A DNA stretch of 15,686 nt from an uncultured Gemmatimonadota bacterium (GTDB lineage Bacteria; SM23-81), in NCBI GenBank assembly GCA_964584035.1, contig CAZOYL010000034.1, positions 1-15,686 on the forward strand, given 5' to 3'. Position 1 is the stretch's first letter. Every line of letters begins with the position of its first letter. Below the pieces are notes generated by a model. The model made no database searches and was not told where the DNA came from. It worked only from the letters and a program-made list of their open reading frames with translations. Below, piece by piece: positions 6,681 through 14,820 of the stretch. The position numbers and the translations under genes are program-made.

Positions 6681-8201
6681 ATGATCATCATCGTCGACTG
6701 CGGAAGTCAGCTGACCCAAAACATCGCCAGAAGAGTGCGCGAGCTGAGAGTTTTTACCGAGATCGTTCCCTTCCACACCCCGGCCGGGGAAATCTTCCGG
6801 GAAAAACCTCAGGGGCTGATCATCTCCGGCGGGCCCTTCAGTGTATACGACCAGGGAGCCCCCCTATATGACAAAGGGCTGCTCACGAGGGGTATCCCGG
6901 TTCTGGGCATCTGCTACGGCCAGCAGTCCATCGCCCATTTGCTGGGCGGGACCATCAGGCCCGCCGATAACAGGGAATACGGCCAGGCTATCATCGATAT
7001 CCTGACCGACAGCCCCCTGCTGGCCGGCCTGCCCGGCCGGAAGCTGCAAGTATGGATGAGCCACGGTGACGTGGTCGAGCGCCTTCCCCGGGGATTCGAG
7101 GTCGTGGCCCGGTCCCCCGTCGGTCACGTGGCGGCCATGCAGAGGAACAGCATCTTTGCCGTGCAGTTCCATCCCGAGGTGGATCACACCCGGCACGGCC
7201 GTAAGATCCTGGATAACTTCCTGAACATCTGCCGGGCCGACCGCACCTGGAAACCCGAGAAAGAGTATGACCGTATCGTGGCCCGGACAGAGGAGCAAAT
7301 ACGGGGTAAAGTGGGCCTCGGAGGAATCAGCGGCGGGGTGGATTCCTCGACCCTTTCGGTCCTGCTGCACCGCATGGCCGGGCGCGACTACCACCCCATC
7401 TTCGTGGACAACGGCCTGCTGCGAGCTGGAGAGCAGGAGGCGGTCCGGGAACGGCTGGAACCGTTCGATCTGAACGTCACCCTGGTCGATGCAGCCGATC
7501 GATTCCTGAAACAGCTCGACGGCGTCCCTGATCCCGACGAGAAGCGGCGCCTCATCGGGCATGAGTTCATCGCCGTCTTCGAGGAACAGGCCCGCCGGAT
7601 CTCCGGAGCCAGCTATCTGGCCCAGGGAACCCTGTACCCCGACGTCATCGAAAGCGTGCCCGTCTATGGAACCTCCTCGCAGATCAAACGGCATCACAAC
7701 GTGGGCGGACTTCCGGAAGAGATGGACCTGGAGATCGTGGAACCTTTCCGCCATCTGTTCAAGGACGAGGTCCGGGCCATCGCCGAGCACAATCTGGGCA
7801 TGCCCCGTGAGATCGTCTGGCGGCACCCTTTCCCCGGCCCCGGCCTGGCGGTGCGGATGATCGGGGCGGTCACCGCCGAAAAACTGGCCCTGCTGCGCAA
7901 GGCCGATGCCATCTTCATCGAGGAGCTGAAAAAAAGGAACATCTACAGCCGGCTCAGCCAGGCCTTCGCCGTCCTGACCAACGCCCGCTCGGTGGGCGTC
8001 ATGGGCGACGAGCATACCTATCAGGGCATCGTCGCCCTGCGGGCGGTGACCACCAGCGATTTCATGACCTCCGACTGGTACGATTTCGAGAAGGAAGACC
8101 TCACCGCCATGGTCAACCGGATCATCAACGAGGTTCCGGGCGTGAACCGGGTGGTCTATGACGTCAGCCAGAAACCGCCCAGCACCATCGAGTGGGAGTA
8201 A
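6681..8201 (+). CDS. guaA: GMP synthase (glutamine-hydrolysing)
   Basis: Class I GATase domain ('ISGGP.SV', 'GICYGQQ', 'MSHGD', 'QFHPEV') plus ATP-PPase domain ('SGGVDSS', 'QGTLYPDVIES', 'HHNVGGLP', 'HPFPGPGLAVR', C-terminal 'KPPSTIEWE'). Confidence 0.98.
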   Translation: MIIIVDCGSQLTQNIARRVRELRVFTEIVPFHTPAGEIFREKPQGLIISGGPFSVYDQGAPLYDKGLLTRGIPVLGICYGQQSIAHLLGGTIRPADNREYGQAIIDILTDSPLLAGLPGRKLQVWMSHGDVVERLPRGFEVVARSPVGHVAAMQRNSIFAVQFHPEVDHTRHGRKILDNFLNICRADRTWKPEKEYDRIVARTEEQIRGKVGLGGISGGVDSSTLSVLLHRMAGRDYHPIFVDNGLLRAGEQEAVRERLEPFDLNVTLVDAADRFLKQLDGVPDPDEKRRLIGHEFIAVFEEQARRISGASYLAQGTLYPDVIESVPVYGTSSQIKRHHNVGGLPEEMDLEIVEPFRHLFKDEVRAIAEHNLGMPREIVWRHPFPGPGLAVRMIGAVTAEKLALLRKADAIFIEELKKRNIYSRLSQAFAVLTNARSVGVMGDEHTYQGIVALRAVTTSDFMTSDWYDFEKEDLTAMVNRIINEVPGVNRVVYDVSQKPPSTIEWE

Positions 8202-8206
8202 GTTCG

Positions 8207-9634
8207 ATGGCCAACCCCAACGTGCTGTCCGAGCGCTATGCCTCCGACCGGATGAACGAGATCTTCTCGGTCAGGGGGAAGATCCTCCTGGAGCGCGAGC
8301 TGTGGATCGCCGTGGCCATAGCCCAGAAACAGCTGGGCGTCGATATCCCGGCCCGGGCCATTGCCAGGTATCGATCGGCCCGGGAGCGGATCGACCCGGA
8401 CCTCATCCGAAAGATCGAGAAGCGCACCCGGCATGACCTGGCCGCCAGGATCGAGGCCTTCAACCGGGCGGCCGGAATGGAGGGCATCATCCACTTAGGG
8501 ATGACCAGCCGGGACGTCACCGACAACGTCGAGGGCGTTCAGATCCGCCGGGCCGCCGAGCTCATCTTCGGAAAATATGTCTCCGTCCTGCGGCACCTGG
8601 TGGACAGAGCCGGAACATATAAGCACCTCTCTGTAATGGCCCGGACCCATCATCAGCCGGCGCAGCCGACCCTGCTGGGCCGCCGGCTGGCCATGTGGGC
8701 CGAGGAGCTGTACGAGCACCTGAGGGCTCTCGAATCCTTCATCCGAAACTATCCCCTGCGGGGCCTCAAGGGGCCGGTGGGGACCCGCTCGGACATGATC
8801 CGGCTGCTGGGCAGCCGCGACAAGGCGGCTCGTCTGGAGCGGATGGTGGCCCGGGAGCTGGGCTTCAGGCGGGTCCTGAGCGCTCCCGGACAGGTCTATC
8901 CCCGGTCGCTGGACTATGCTCTCCTGGCCCATCTGACGGCCCTGGCGTCGGCTCCGGAGAATTTCGCCAAGAGCATCCGGCTGATGGCCGGCGGGGAGCT
9001 GATCACCGAGGGATTCGCCGAGGGCCAGGTGGGATCCAGCGCCATGCCTCACAAGATGAACACCCGCAGCGCGGAGCGGATCTGCGCCCTGGCCGAGCTG
9101 GTCAAGACCTATGCCGGCGGCGCTTCGCGCCTGGCCGGGGACCAGTGGGAGGAGGGGGATGTGTCCTGTTCGGCCGTCCGGCGGGTCATCGTGCCGGATG
9201 CCTGTTACGCCTCCGACGGCCTGTGCGAGACGGCTCTGACCGTCCTCAACCGGATGAGACCCTACCCTGCCGCGATGCGCTTGGAGCTGGACCGGTTTCT
9301 GCCCTTCCTGGCCACCACCGAGATCCTGATCCTGGCCGCCGAGAAGGGCATCCCCCGGGACCGGGCCCACCGGATCATCAGGAAACATGCCACCGCCGAG
9401 CTCGAGGCCGTGAGAGAGGACGTCCGGCCGCCGCAGCTGGCCGCCCGGCTGGCCCGGGACAGGGCCTTTCGAAAGGCCGGCATCGGCCGGGAGCAGATCG
9501 AGGCCATTGAAGAAAAGGTGCGCCATTCGGCCGGCGATGCCGTAAGGCAGATCGGTCAGGTGACCGCAAAGGCCCGCCGGCTGATCCGCAAGTATCCGGC
9601 TGAGGCCCGATATGAGCCGGGCGAGATCCTCTAG
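8207..9634 (+). CDS. purB: Adenylosuccinate lyase
   Basis: Motifs 'NVLSERYAS..M..IFS', 'TRHD', 'IHLGMTSRDVTDN', 'QPAQPTLLGRR', 'GLKGPVGT', 'GQVYPRSLD', and the fumarase-superfamily signature 'GSSAMPHKMN'. Start set at ATG 8207, with GGAG at 8195-8198. Confidence 0.96.
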   Translation: MANPNVLSERYASDRMNEIFSVRGKILLERELWIAVAIAQKQLGVDIPARAIARYRSARERIDPDLIRKIEKRTRHDLAARIEAFNRAAGMEGIIHLGMTSRDVTDNVEGVQIRRAAELIFGKYVSVLRHLVDRAGTYKHLSVMARTHHQPAQPTLLGRRLAMWAEELYEHLRALESFIRNYPLRGLKGPVGTRSDMIRLLGSRDKAARLERMVARELGFRRVLSAPGQVYPRSLDYALLAHLTALASAPENFAKSIRLMAGGELITEGFAEGQVGSSAMPHKMNTRSAERICALAELVKTYAGGASRLAGDQWEEGDVSCSAVRRVIVPDACYASDGLCETALTVLNRMRPYPAAMRLELDRFLPFLATTEILILAAEKGIPRDRAHRIIRKHATAELEAVREDVRPPQLAARLARDRAFRKAGIGREQIEAIEEKVRHSAGDAVRQIGQVTAKARRLIRKYPAEARYEPGEIL

Positions 9635-9677
9635 AAAAAAAGAACAGCAGCTTGAACGTCATACCTTTCCGGGGACA

Positions 9678-10823
9678 ATGAACTCAACCTATGAAAAGAG
9701 CGAGGCGAAGGCCTTACGCGACGGTAAAAAGGCCCTGGCGGCGGCGCCCTGGCTGTTCAGCCGGACCGACCCGCGGTCGAGGGGCTTCTTCTTCGAGCTG
9801 AAGGAAAACGAAGCCGTCCACCCGGGGTATGCCGCCGTGCACTGCGTCGACGGGGCCGGCACCAAACTGTTCCTCAGCGCCTGGTCGGGCGACTACGGCC
9901 TGGCGCCCATCGATGCCGTGGCCATGAACGCCAACGATATGGCCACCGCCATACATGCCCTGCCCGACACCGTGGACCTGTACTTCGCCGTGCAGCAGAG
10001 CGTGGAGCAAGAGCACATGGGCGCCATCATGGCCGGCTTCGCCCGCGCTCTCGACCAGATCCGCGTCCCCGGGGCGCCTTTCGAGATCAACTTAGGCAAG
10101 ATCGAGACGGCCAGCCACGACGAGACAGTGGCCCTGGGCGTTCCCGGAAAGGGCTGGGACGTGGGCGTGTTCATGACCGGGTATATCCCCCGCGACCAGG
10201 TCCCGCTGCTGAAACCAAGGCCCGGACACATCATCGTCGGGGTGGCCTCCAGCGGGGCCCACAGCAACGGCTATACGGAGGCCCGCCATGCGCTGCTGAC
10301 CCCGGAGGTGGAGTCCCGCCGGGAGTGGCGGGACCGCTACCGGGGCCGGTTCGGGCTGAACGATCGTCCCGCCGTGCTGGAGGGCCGGTCCGTTCTGGAG
10401 GCGCTGCAGGAGCCCACCCTCATCTACCTGGTGGAGGCCGCTCTGATCGGCCGCCAGCAGGATGACCGCGACATTTACGGGATCAATATCACCGGGAACG
10501 GCCTGGCCAACTTCAACCGGGCCGGGCGGGAGGTCCGTTTCGAGATCACCGATCCACTGGAGCCGCTGCCTATTCACCGGCTGCTGGTCCGGGAGGCGGG
10601 CTGGAGTCCCCGGGAGGCCTACCGGAAGCAGAATATGGGTCTGGGCTTCGCCTACATCGTGCCGTCGCTGGAGACGGCCGAGGCGGTGGTGCGGCTGATC
10701 GCCAAGCGGGGCCGGCACCGGGCCCGGATCATCGGGGAGGTTCGCGCCGGGAAGGGAGAGCAGCCCCGGACGGTTCTGCACAAGCCGTACGAGGGGCCGG
10801 CCCTGGAGTTCGCGGGGTACTGA
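9678..10823 (+). CDS. purM: AIR synthase (PurM family), divergent
   Basis: Motifs 'DGAGTK', 'AVAMNAND', 'ETA', 'SSGAHSNGY', 'EPTLIY', 'ITGNGLAN', 'NMGLGF', 'ARIIGEV' align with PurM blocks, and the pur-operon context agrees. Start set at ATG 9678 (MNSTY) to avoid overlap with purB. Confidence 0.85.
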   Translation: MNSTYEKSEAKALRDGKKALAAAPWLFSRTDPRSRGFFFELKENEAVHPGYAAVHCVDGAGTKLFLSAWSGDYGLAPIDAVAMNANDMATAIHALPDTVDLYFAVQQSVEQEHMGAIMAGFARALDQIRVPGAPFEINLGKIETASHDETVALGVPGKGWDVGVFMTGYIPRDQVPLLKPRPGHIIVGVASSGAHSNGYTEARHALLTPEVESRREWRDRYRGRFGLNDRPAVLEGRSVLEALQEPTLIYLVEAALIGRQQDDRDIYGINITGNGLANFNRAGREVRFEITDPLEPLPIHRLLVREAGWSPREAYRKQNMGLGFAYIVPSLETAEAVVRLIAKRGRHRARIIGEVRAGKGEQPRTVLHKPYEGPALEFAGY

Positions 10824-10845
10824 AATCGCTGAAAGGAACGCGAAA

Positions 10846-11358
10846 ATGATCGATGCTCGCTTTAAAAAAATCATCCGGGCCAATACCGGCTGCGCCGTCA
10901 TCCTGGCCGGTTCGGACAGCGATAGGCCGCATGTCCAGCGGGTGGTCCGGGCGCTGAAGAAGTACGCCATCCCCCACCGGATCCACATCTGCTCGGCCCA
11001 CAAGCAGCCCGGGCGGCTGGTGGACATCGTCGAGGCTTACAATGCCCTGTCCGGCAGCGTCGCCTTCGTGGCCATCGCCGGGGGCACCGACGCCCTCTCC
11101 GGAATGCTCTCCTGGCAGGCCCTGGGACCGGTGATCAGCTGTCCGCCGGATGCGCCCAACGAGAGCTGCCTGACCAATCCGCCAGGGAGCTCCAATGCCG
11201 TTGTCGAGTTGCCCGAGAACGTCGCCCGGTTCATTGCCCAGCTCTACGCCGGAGTGAATCCGAAATTCAAGGAGGGCCTGGAACGGGAGAGGGCCAAAAA
11301 GCTGGACGACCTCCACAGGGCAGACGGCCGTTACCGAACGGCGAAAAAAGGCGGGTGA
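10846..11358 (+). CDS. purE: PurE family AIR carboxylase, class II-like
   Basis: Motifs 'AGSDSD', 'ICSAHKQP', 'VAIAGGTDALSG', 'PVISCPP', 'PENVARFIAQ'. SD-like AAGGA upstream. Confidence 0.9.
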   Translation: MIDARFKKIIRANTGCAVILAGSDSDRPHVQRVVRALKKYAIPHRIHICSAHKQPGRLVDIVEAYNALSGSVAFVAIAGGTDALSGMLSWQALGPVISCPPDAPNESCLTNPPGSSNAVVELPENVARFIAQLYAGVNPKFKEGLERERAKKLDDLHRADGRYRTAKKGG

Positions 11359-12173
11359 TCGTTCTGTCCCGAGATCTGTCAGCCCTCCGGAAAATGGCCT
11401 ATCCCGGCCGGGTTATCATCATCGGCCGGGACCCTGCCGGCGAGCATGATGTGATCATCTACGCCGTCACCGGGCGGAGCCCATCGAGCCGGGCCCGCCG
11501 GCTGATTCACGACGGCGACGGGGCGGTTCGCACCGAGGTGACCGACCCTGACCTCATACGGGGCGGGAATGAAAAACTGCTTCTCTATCACTGCCTGCGG
11601 CCTTTTCCGGGCGGCCTGGCAGTGAGCAACGGGGCCCAGACCGACCTCATCCGGGAGACGGCCGTGGGCCTGGCCAAAGAGTCCCCGCCTGCATCGGCCG
11701 CCGAAATCCTGCGGCAAGCCTTCCAGCAGCCGCACCTCATCTCGGGCGTCGATGTGACCTGCTATGAGCCGGACGCGCCGGCCTATACCCCCCGGATCAG
11801 CGGGTGCCTGGCCGGCGACGCGGGACTGGCTATCGTCCGGCGGCTTCCTGGCGGCGATCGCCAACGAGAGTATTTCCCCGTTCCGCTGGAGCCCGGCCGG
11901 GGCCGGATGCTGGCCACCTACGGCGGAGAGAACCGCGATCCCCTGCCGGCCTTTGTTGGGGACCCTGTAGAGGTGGGGCTGACCGAGACGACCCCCGGGG
12001 AGACCGTTGAGGCCGTCTATCGAGCCCTGGGGCCGAAGGAAACCGTCTCCCGGGCAGCGGACCCGAAAGGCGGCGGAGCGGACCTGCGGGTGGGCGCGGC
12101 CGCCCTGTTCCGCCATGTCCGCACCGGCGGGCTGGAAACGGCCGTGATCAATCGAACGGAGGAACCGGGATGA
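11355..12173 (+). CDS. IMP cyclohydrolase, PurO-like (Ntn-fold IMP_cyclohyd family)
   Basis: Motifs 'YPGR..IIG', 'Y.VTGRS.SSRAR', 'LLLY', 'VSNGAQTD', 'YEPDAP.YTPRISG' correspond to PurO-family blocks (Y.GR, S.S...R, NG.HTD, YE.D...TPRI). The GTG start overlaps the purE stop (GTGA). Confidence 0.85.
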   Translation: MIVLSRDLSALRKMAYPGRVIIIGRDPAGEHDVIIYAVTGRSPSSRARRLIHDGDGAVRTEVTDPDLIRGGNEKLLLYHCLRPFPGGLAVSNGAQTDLIRETAVGLAKESPPASAAEILRQAFQQPHLISGVDVTCYEPDAPAYTPRISGCLAGDAGLAIVRRLPGGDRQREYFPVPLEPGRGRMLATYGGENRDPLPAFVGDPVEVGLTETTPGETVEAVYRALGPKETVSRAADPKGGGADLRVGAAALFRHVRTGGLETAVINRTEEPG

Positions 12174-13354
12174 GAGGCACCGACGTCAGCGACATGAGAC
12201 GGACCTACCGGACGTCCCCGGGCGCGAAGCTCCCCGACCGGCTGGACATCGGCCTGCACAAGGAGCACGATCTGCGCTACGGCGACAATCCCCACCAGCC
12301 CGCCGCCGTCTACCGGCTGGCCGGCCACTCCCTGGCCGAGGCGGCCGGGGTCCGGCTGGTTAAATCGGGAAAAGGGGGGCTGTCGGCCACCAACCTGCTG
12401 GACGTCTGCGGCGCCCTGGAGATCCTCAAGTTCTTCGAAGGGCCGGCCGTGGCCGTGATGAAGCACGCCTCGCCGTCCGGTTTCGCCCGGCAGCACGGTG
12501 ATAACGCTCTGGCCGACATCTACCAGCAGGCCCGGGACGTCGATGCCCGCAGCGCCTTCGGCTCGGTGGTGGTAACCAACCGGACGGTGGACCGGCCCGC
12601 CGCCGAGGCCATCATGTCCTCCTTCGTGGAGGGGGTGGCCGCCCCGGAATTCGAGGAGGGCACCCTGGCCGTCCTGGAGCGCAAGAAGGACATCCGGGCC
12701 ATGTGCTTCTCCCATCTGGAGAAACTGCCCAAGTTCAAGGGCGACGATGTGGCCGGGCTCTACGCCCTGAGGGTGCTTCCCGGAGGCCGGGTGATCGCCC
12801 AGGCCCCCTATCTGAGCAGCATCCGCGGTCCCGGGGACCTGATCTGCGACCCCCTGGTGACGAAGGATGACCGCATCTACGTGGTCGCCCGCGACCCCAT
12901 GCCGGGCCAGATGTCCGATCTGCTGACCGCCTGGTATGTCAACATCGGGATCAGCAGCAACAGCGTCGTCTTCGTCAGAGACGGCGTCACGGTGGCCATC
13001 GGCTCCGGAGGGCGGGAACGCGTGGGGGCCGTGGAGGAGGCCATCTCACGAGCCTACCAGAAAGCCCTGGACCGGAAGCGGTCGGCCCGGGACGACGACC
13101 ATTTCTCCTGGACACCGGGAGACCAGAGCTGGGAACAGATGCGCAGCGATCTGGGCCGACGGCCCCTTCAGGGAGCGGTGATGTCGTCCGATGGATTCTT
13201 CCCTTTCCGTGATTCCATCGACACAGCCGCCGACGAGGGCGTCTCGGCCGTCGTCCAGCCGGGCGGCTCTCGCCGGGACTGGGAGGTCATCGAGGCGGTC
13301 AACGAACACGACATGGCCATGGCGTTCACCCTGGAACGATGTTTTCGTCACTGA
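12170..13354 (+). CDS. purH: AICAR formyltransferase (PurH transformylase domain only, no N-terminal MGS-like IMPCH domain)
   Basis: 394 aa beginning about 35 residues before 'LRYGDNPHQ'. Catalytic 'MKH' pair, 'D.RSAFG', 'SN', 'SSDGFFPFRD', 'QPGGS.RD', terminal 'RCFRH'. ATGA overlap with the upstream gene and SD GGAGGA. Confidence 0.92.
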   Translation: MRGTDVSDMRRTYRTSPGAKLPDRLDIGLHKEHDLRYGDNPHQPAAVYRLAGHSLAEAAGVRLVKSGKGGLSATNLLDVCGALEILKFFEGPAVAVMKHASPSGFARQHGDNALADIYQQARDVDARSAFGSVVVTNRTVDRPAAEAIMSSFVEGVAAPEFEEGTLAVLERKKDIRAMCFSHLEKLPKFKGDDVAGLYALRVLPGGRVIAQAPYLSSIRGPGDLICDPLVTKDDRIYVVARDPMPGQMSDLLTAWYVNIGISSNSVVFVRDGVTVAIGSGGRERVGAVEEAISRAYQKALDRKRSARDDDHFSWTPGDQSWEQMRSDLGRRPLQGAVMSSDGFFPFRDSIDTAADEGVSAVVQPGGSRRDWEVIEAVNEHDMAMAFTLERCFRH

Positions 13355-13368
13355 ACGAGGTGTGACCG

Positions 13369-14817
13369 ATGGCAAAAAAAGTGATCCTCGAGCCCGGCAG
13401 GACCTTCAGCGAGTTCAGCCTGCTGACCGAGCGCACCAGACAGAAGGACAAGATCTCGGATGTCAGCCTGCAGACGGAGCTGGCCGAAAACCTGACCCTT
13501 CGGCTGCCCCTGCTGAGCGCGGCCATGACCTCGGTAACCGGACACGAGATGGCCCTGGCACTGGGAAAGGAGGGGGGGCTGGGGATCCTGCCGGCCCGCC
13601 TGCCGATCGAAGAACAGGCCGAGATCGTTCGCCGGATCAAGAAATATGAGATGGGCTTCGTCGAGGATCCGGTGACCGCCCGCAAGGAGGCCACCATCGA
13701 GGAGGTTTTACGGCTGGTGGAACAGTACGGCCACTCCAAGATCCCGATCGTGGACCGAAACAACATCTTTCAGGGGATGTTTATCCAGCAGCACTACTGG
13801 GAGGCCGAGGCCGCTCCCCAGGATAAGGTGTCGGCCGTCATGATCCCCTTCGGCTCCGGACAGGTTCCCCACTGCGGCGATCCGGATATCACCGTGGACC
13901 AGGCCAAGAAACTTCTCAAGTCCGGCGGACAGCGCTATCTGGTGGTCCTGGACGATCATCATCGCCTGGTCAAGATCGCCTTTCAGAAAGACGTCGAAAG
14001 AGTCAAGGTGGGCTCGGCCATCACCACCTATCGGGGCTGGCAGGACCGGGCCCGGGCCAACGTGGAAGCCGGCTCCGATCTGATCGTGGTGGACACCTCC
14101 GATGCGTACAGCGATTTCGCCGGCGACCTGATCGGCGAGTACACCGATATGAAGCTGAACACGCCGCTGTGCGTCGGCAACGTGATCACCTACGAAGGAG
14201 CCCTGTTTCTCATGGAGCGGGGGGCCGATGCGGTCAAGGTGGGCATGTCCTCCGGCTCCATTTGCACCACCCAGCGGGAAAAGGCCACCGGGCGGGCGCC
14301 CATGACGGCCCTGCTGGAGTCCGACCGTGCCCGGCAGGACTATCAAAAAACATCCGGCCGTTATGTCCCGGTGATCATGGACGGCGGCATCACCGGCTCG
14401 GCCGACCTGATCATCGCCCTGACGGTGGCCGATGCGGCCATGATGGGTTTCTATTTCAACCGCTTCTTCGAGTCGGCCGGCGAGAAACTGGACCGCGGCG
14501 GCAAGGTCACCCGGGACGAGCGGGAGATGACCAGCGTGGCCACCTGGGGAGAGGGCTCCTCCCGGGCGCAGAACCTGGACCGTTACGGCCACGCCACCCG
14601 AAAGACCTTCTTCGAGGAAGGGATCGAGGGCCGGGTGCCCTACCTGGGCCGGCTGAAGCCGGTCTTAAAGAAGGACATGATGAAGGTCCGGGCCGCCCTG
14701 AGCAACGCCGGCTGTCTCAATCTGGAGGATTTCCGCCGCCGGGCTGTGATCGAGCTGAACTCTCCCCTGGGCGGCCGGATCGTCCGCGCTCCACACGATG
14801 TCAGAGAAAAGGAATGA
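13369..14817 (+). CDS. guaB: IMP dehydrogenase with CBS subdomain
   Basis: Motifs 'TFSEFSLL', 'LPLLSAAM', CBS-like region, 'VDTS', 'GNVIT', catalytic-Cys loop 'KVGMSSGSICTT', 'DGGI', 'MMG..F', 'WGEGS.RA.N..RY', 'EEGIEGRVPY.G'. SD GAGGTG upstream. Confidence 0.93.
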   Translation: MAKKVILEPGRTFSEFSLLTERTRQKDKISDVSLQTELAENLTLRLPLLSAAMTSVTGHEMALALGKEGGLGILPARLPIEEQAEIVRRIKKYEMGFVEDPVTARKEATIEEVLRLVEQYGHSKIPIVDRNNIFQGMFIQQHYWEAEAAPQDKVSAVMIPFGSGQVPHCGDPDITVDQAKKLLKSGGQRYLVVLDDHHRLVKIAFQKDVERVKVGSAITTYRGWQDRARANVEAGSDLIVVDTSDAYSDFAGDLIGEYTDMKLNTPLCVGNVITYEGALFLMERGADAVKVGMSSGSICTTQREKATGRAPMTALLESDRARQDYQKTSGRYVPVIMDGGITGSADLIIALTVADAAMMGFYFNRFFESAGEKLDRGGKVTRDEREMTSVATWGEGSSRAQNLDRYGHATRKTFFEEGIEGRVPYLGRLKPVLKKDMMKVRAALSNAGCLNLEDFRRRAVIELNSPLGGRIVRAPHDVREKE

Positions 14818-14820
14818 TCC

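Noticed and set aside
9642..9657. GAAC-N8-GAAC between purB and purM as a second LexA-like box or internal promoter
   Set aside because: The spacing is 8 rather than 7 and there is no convincing -10 element.
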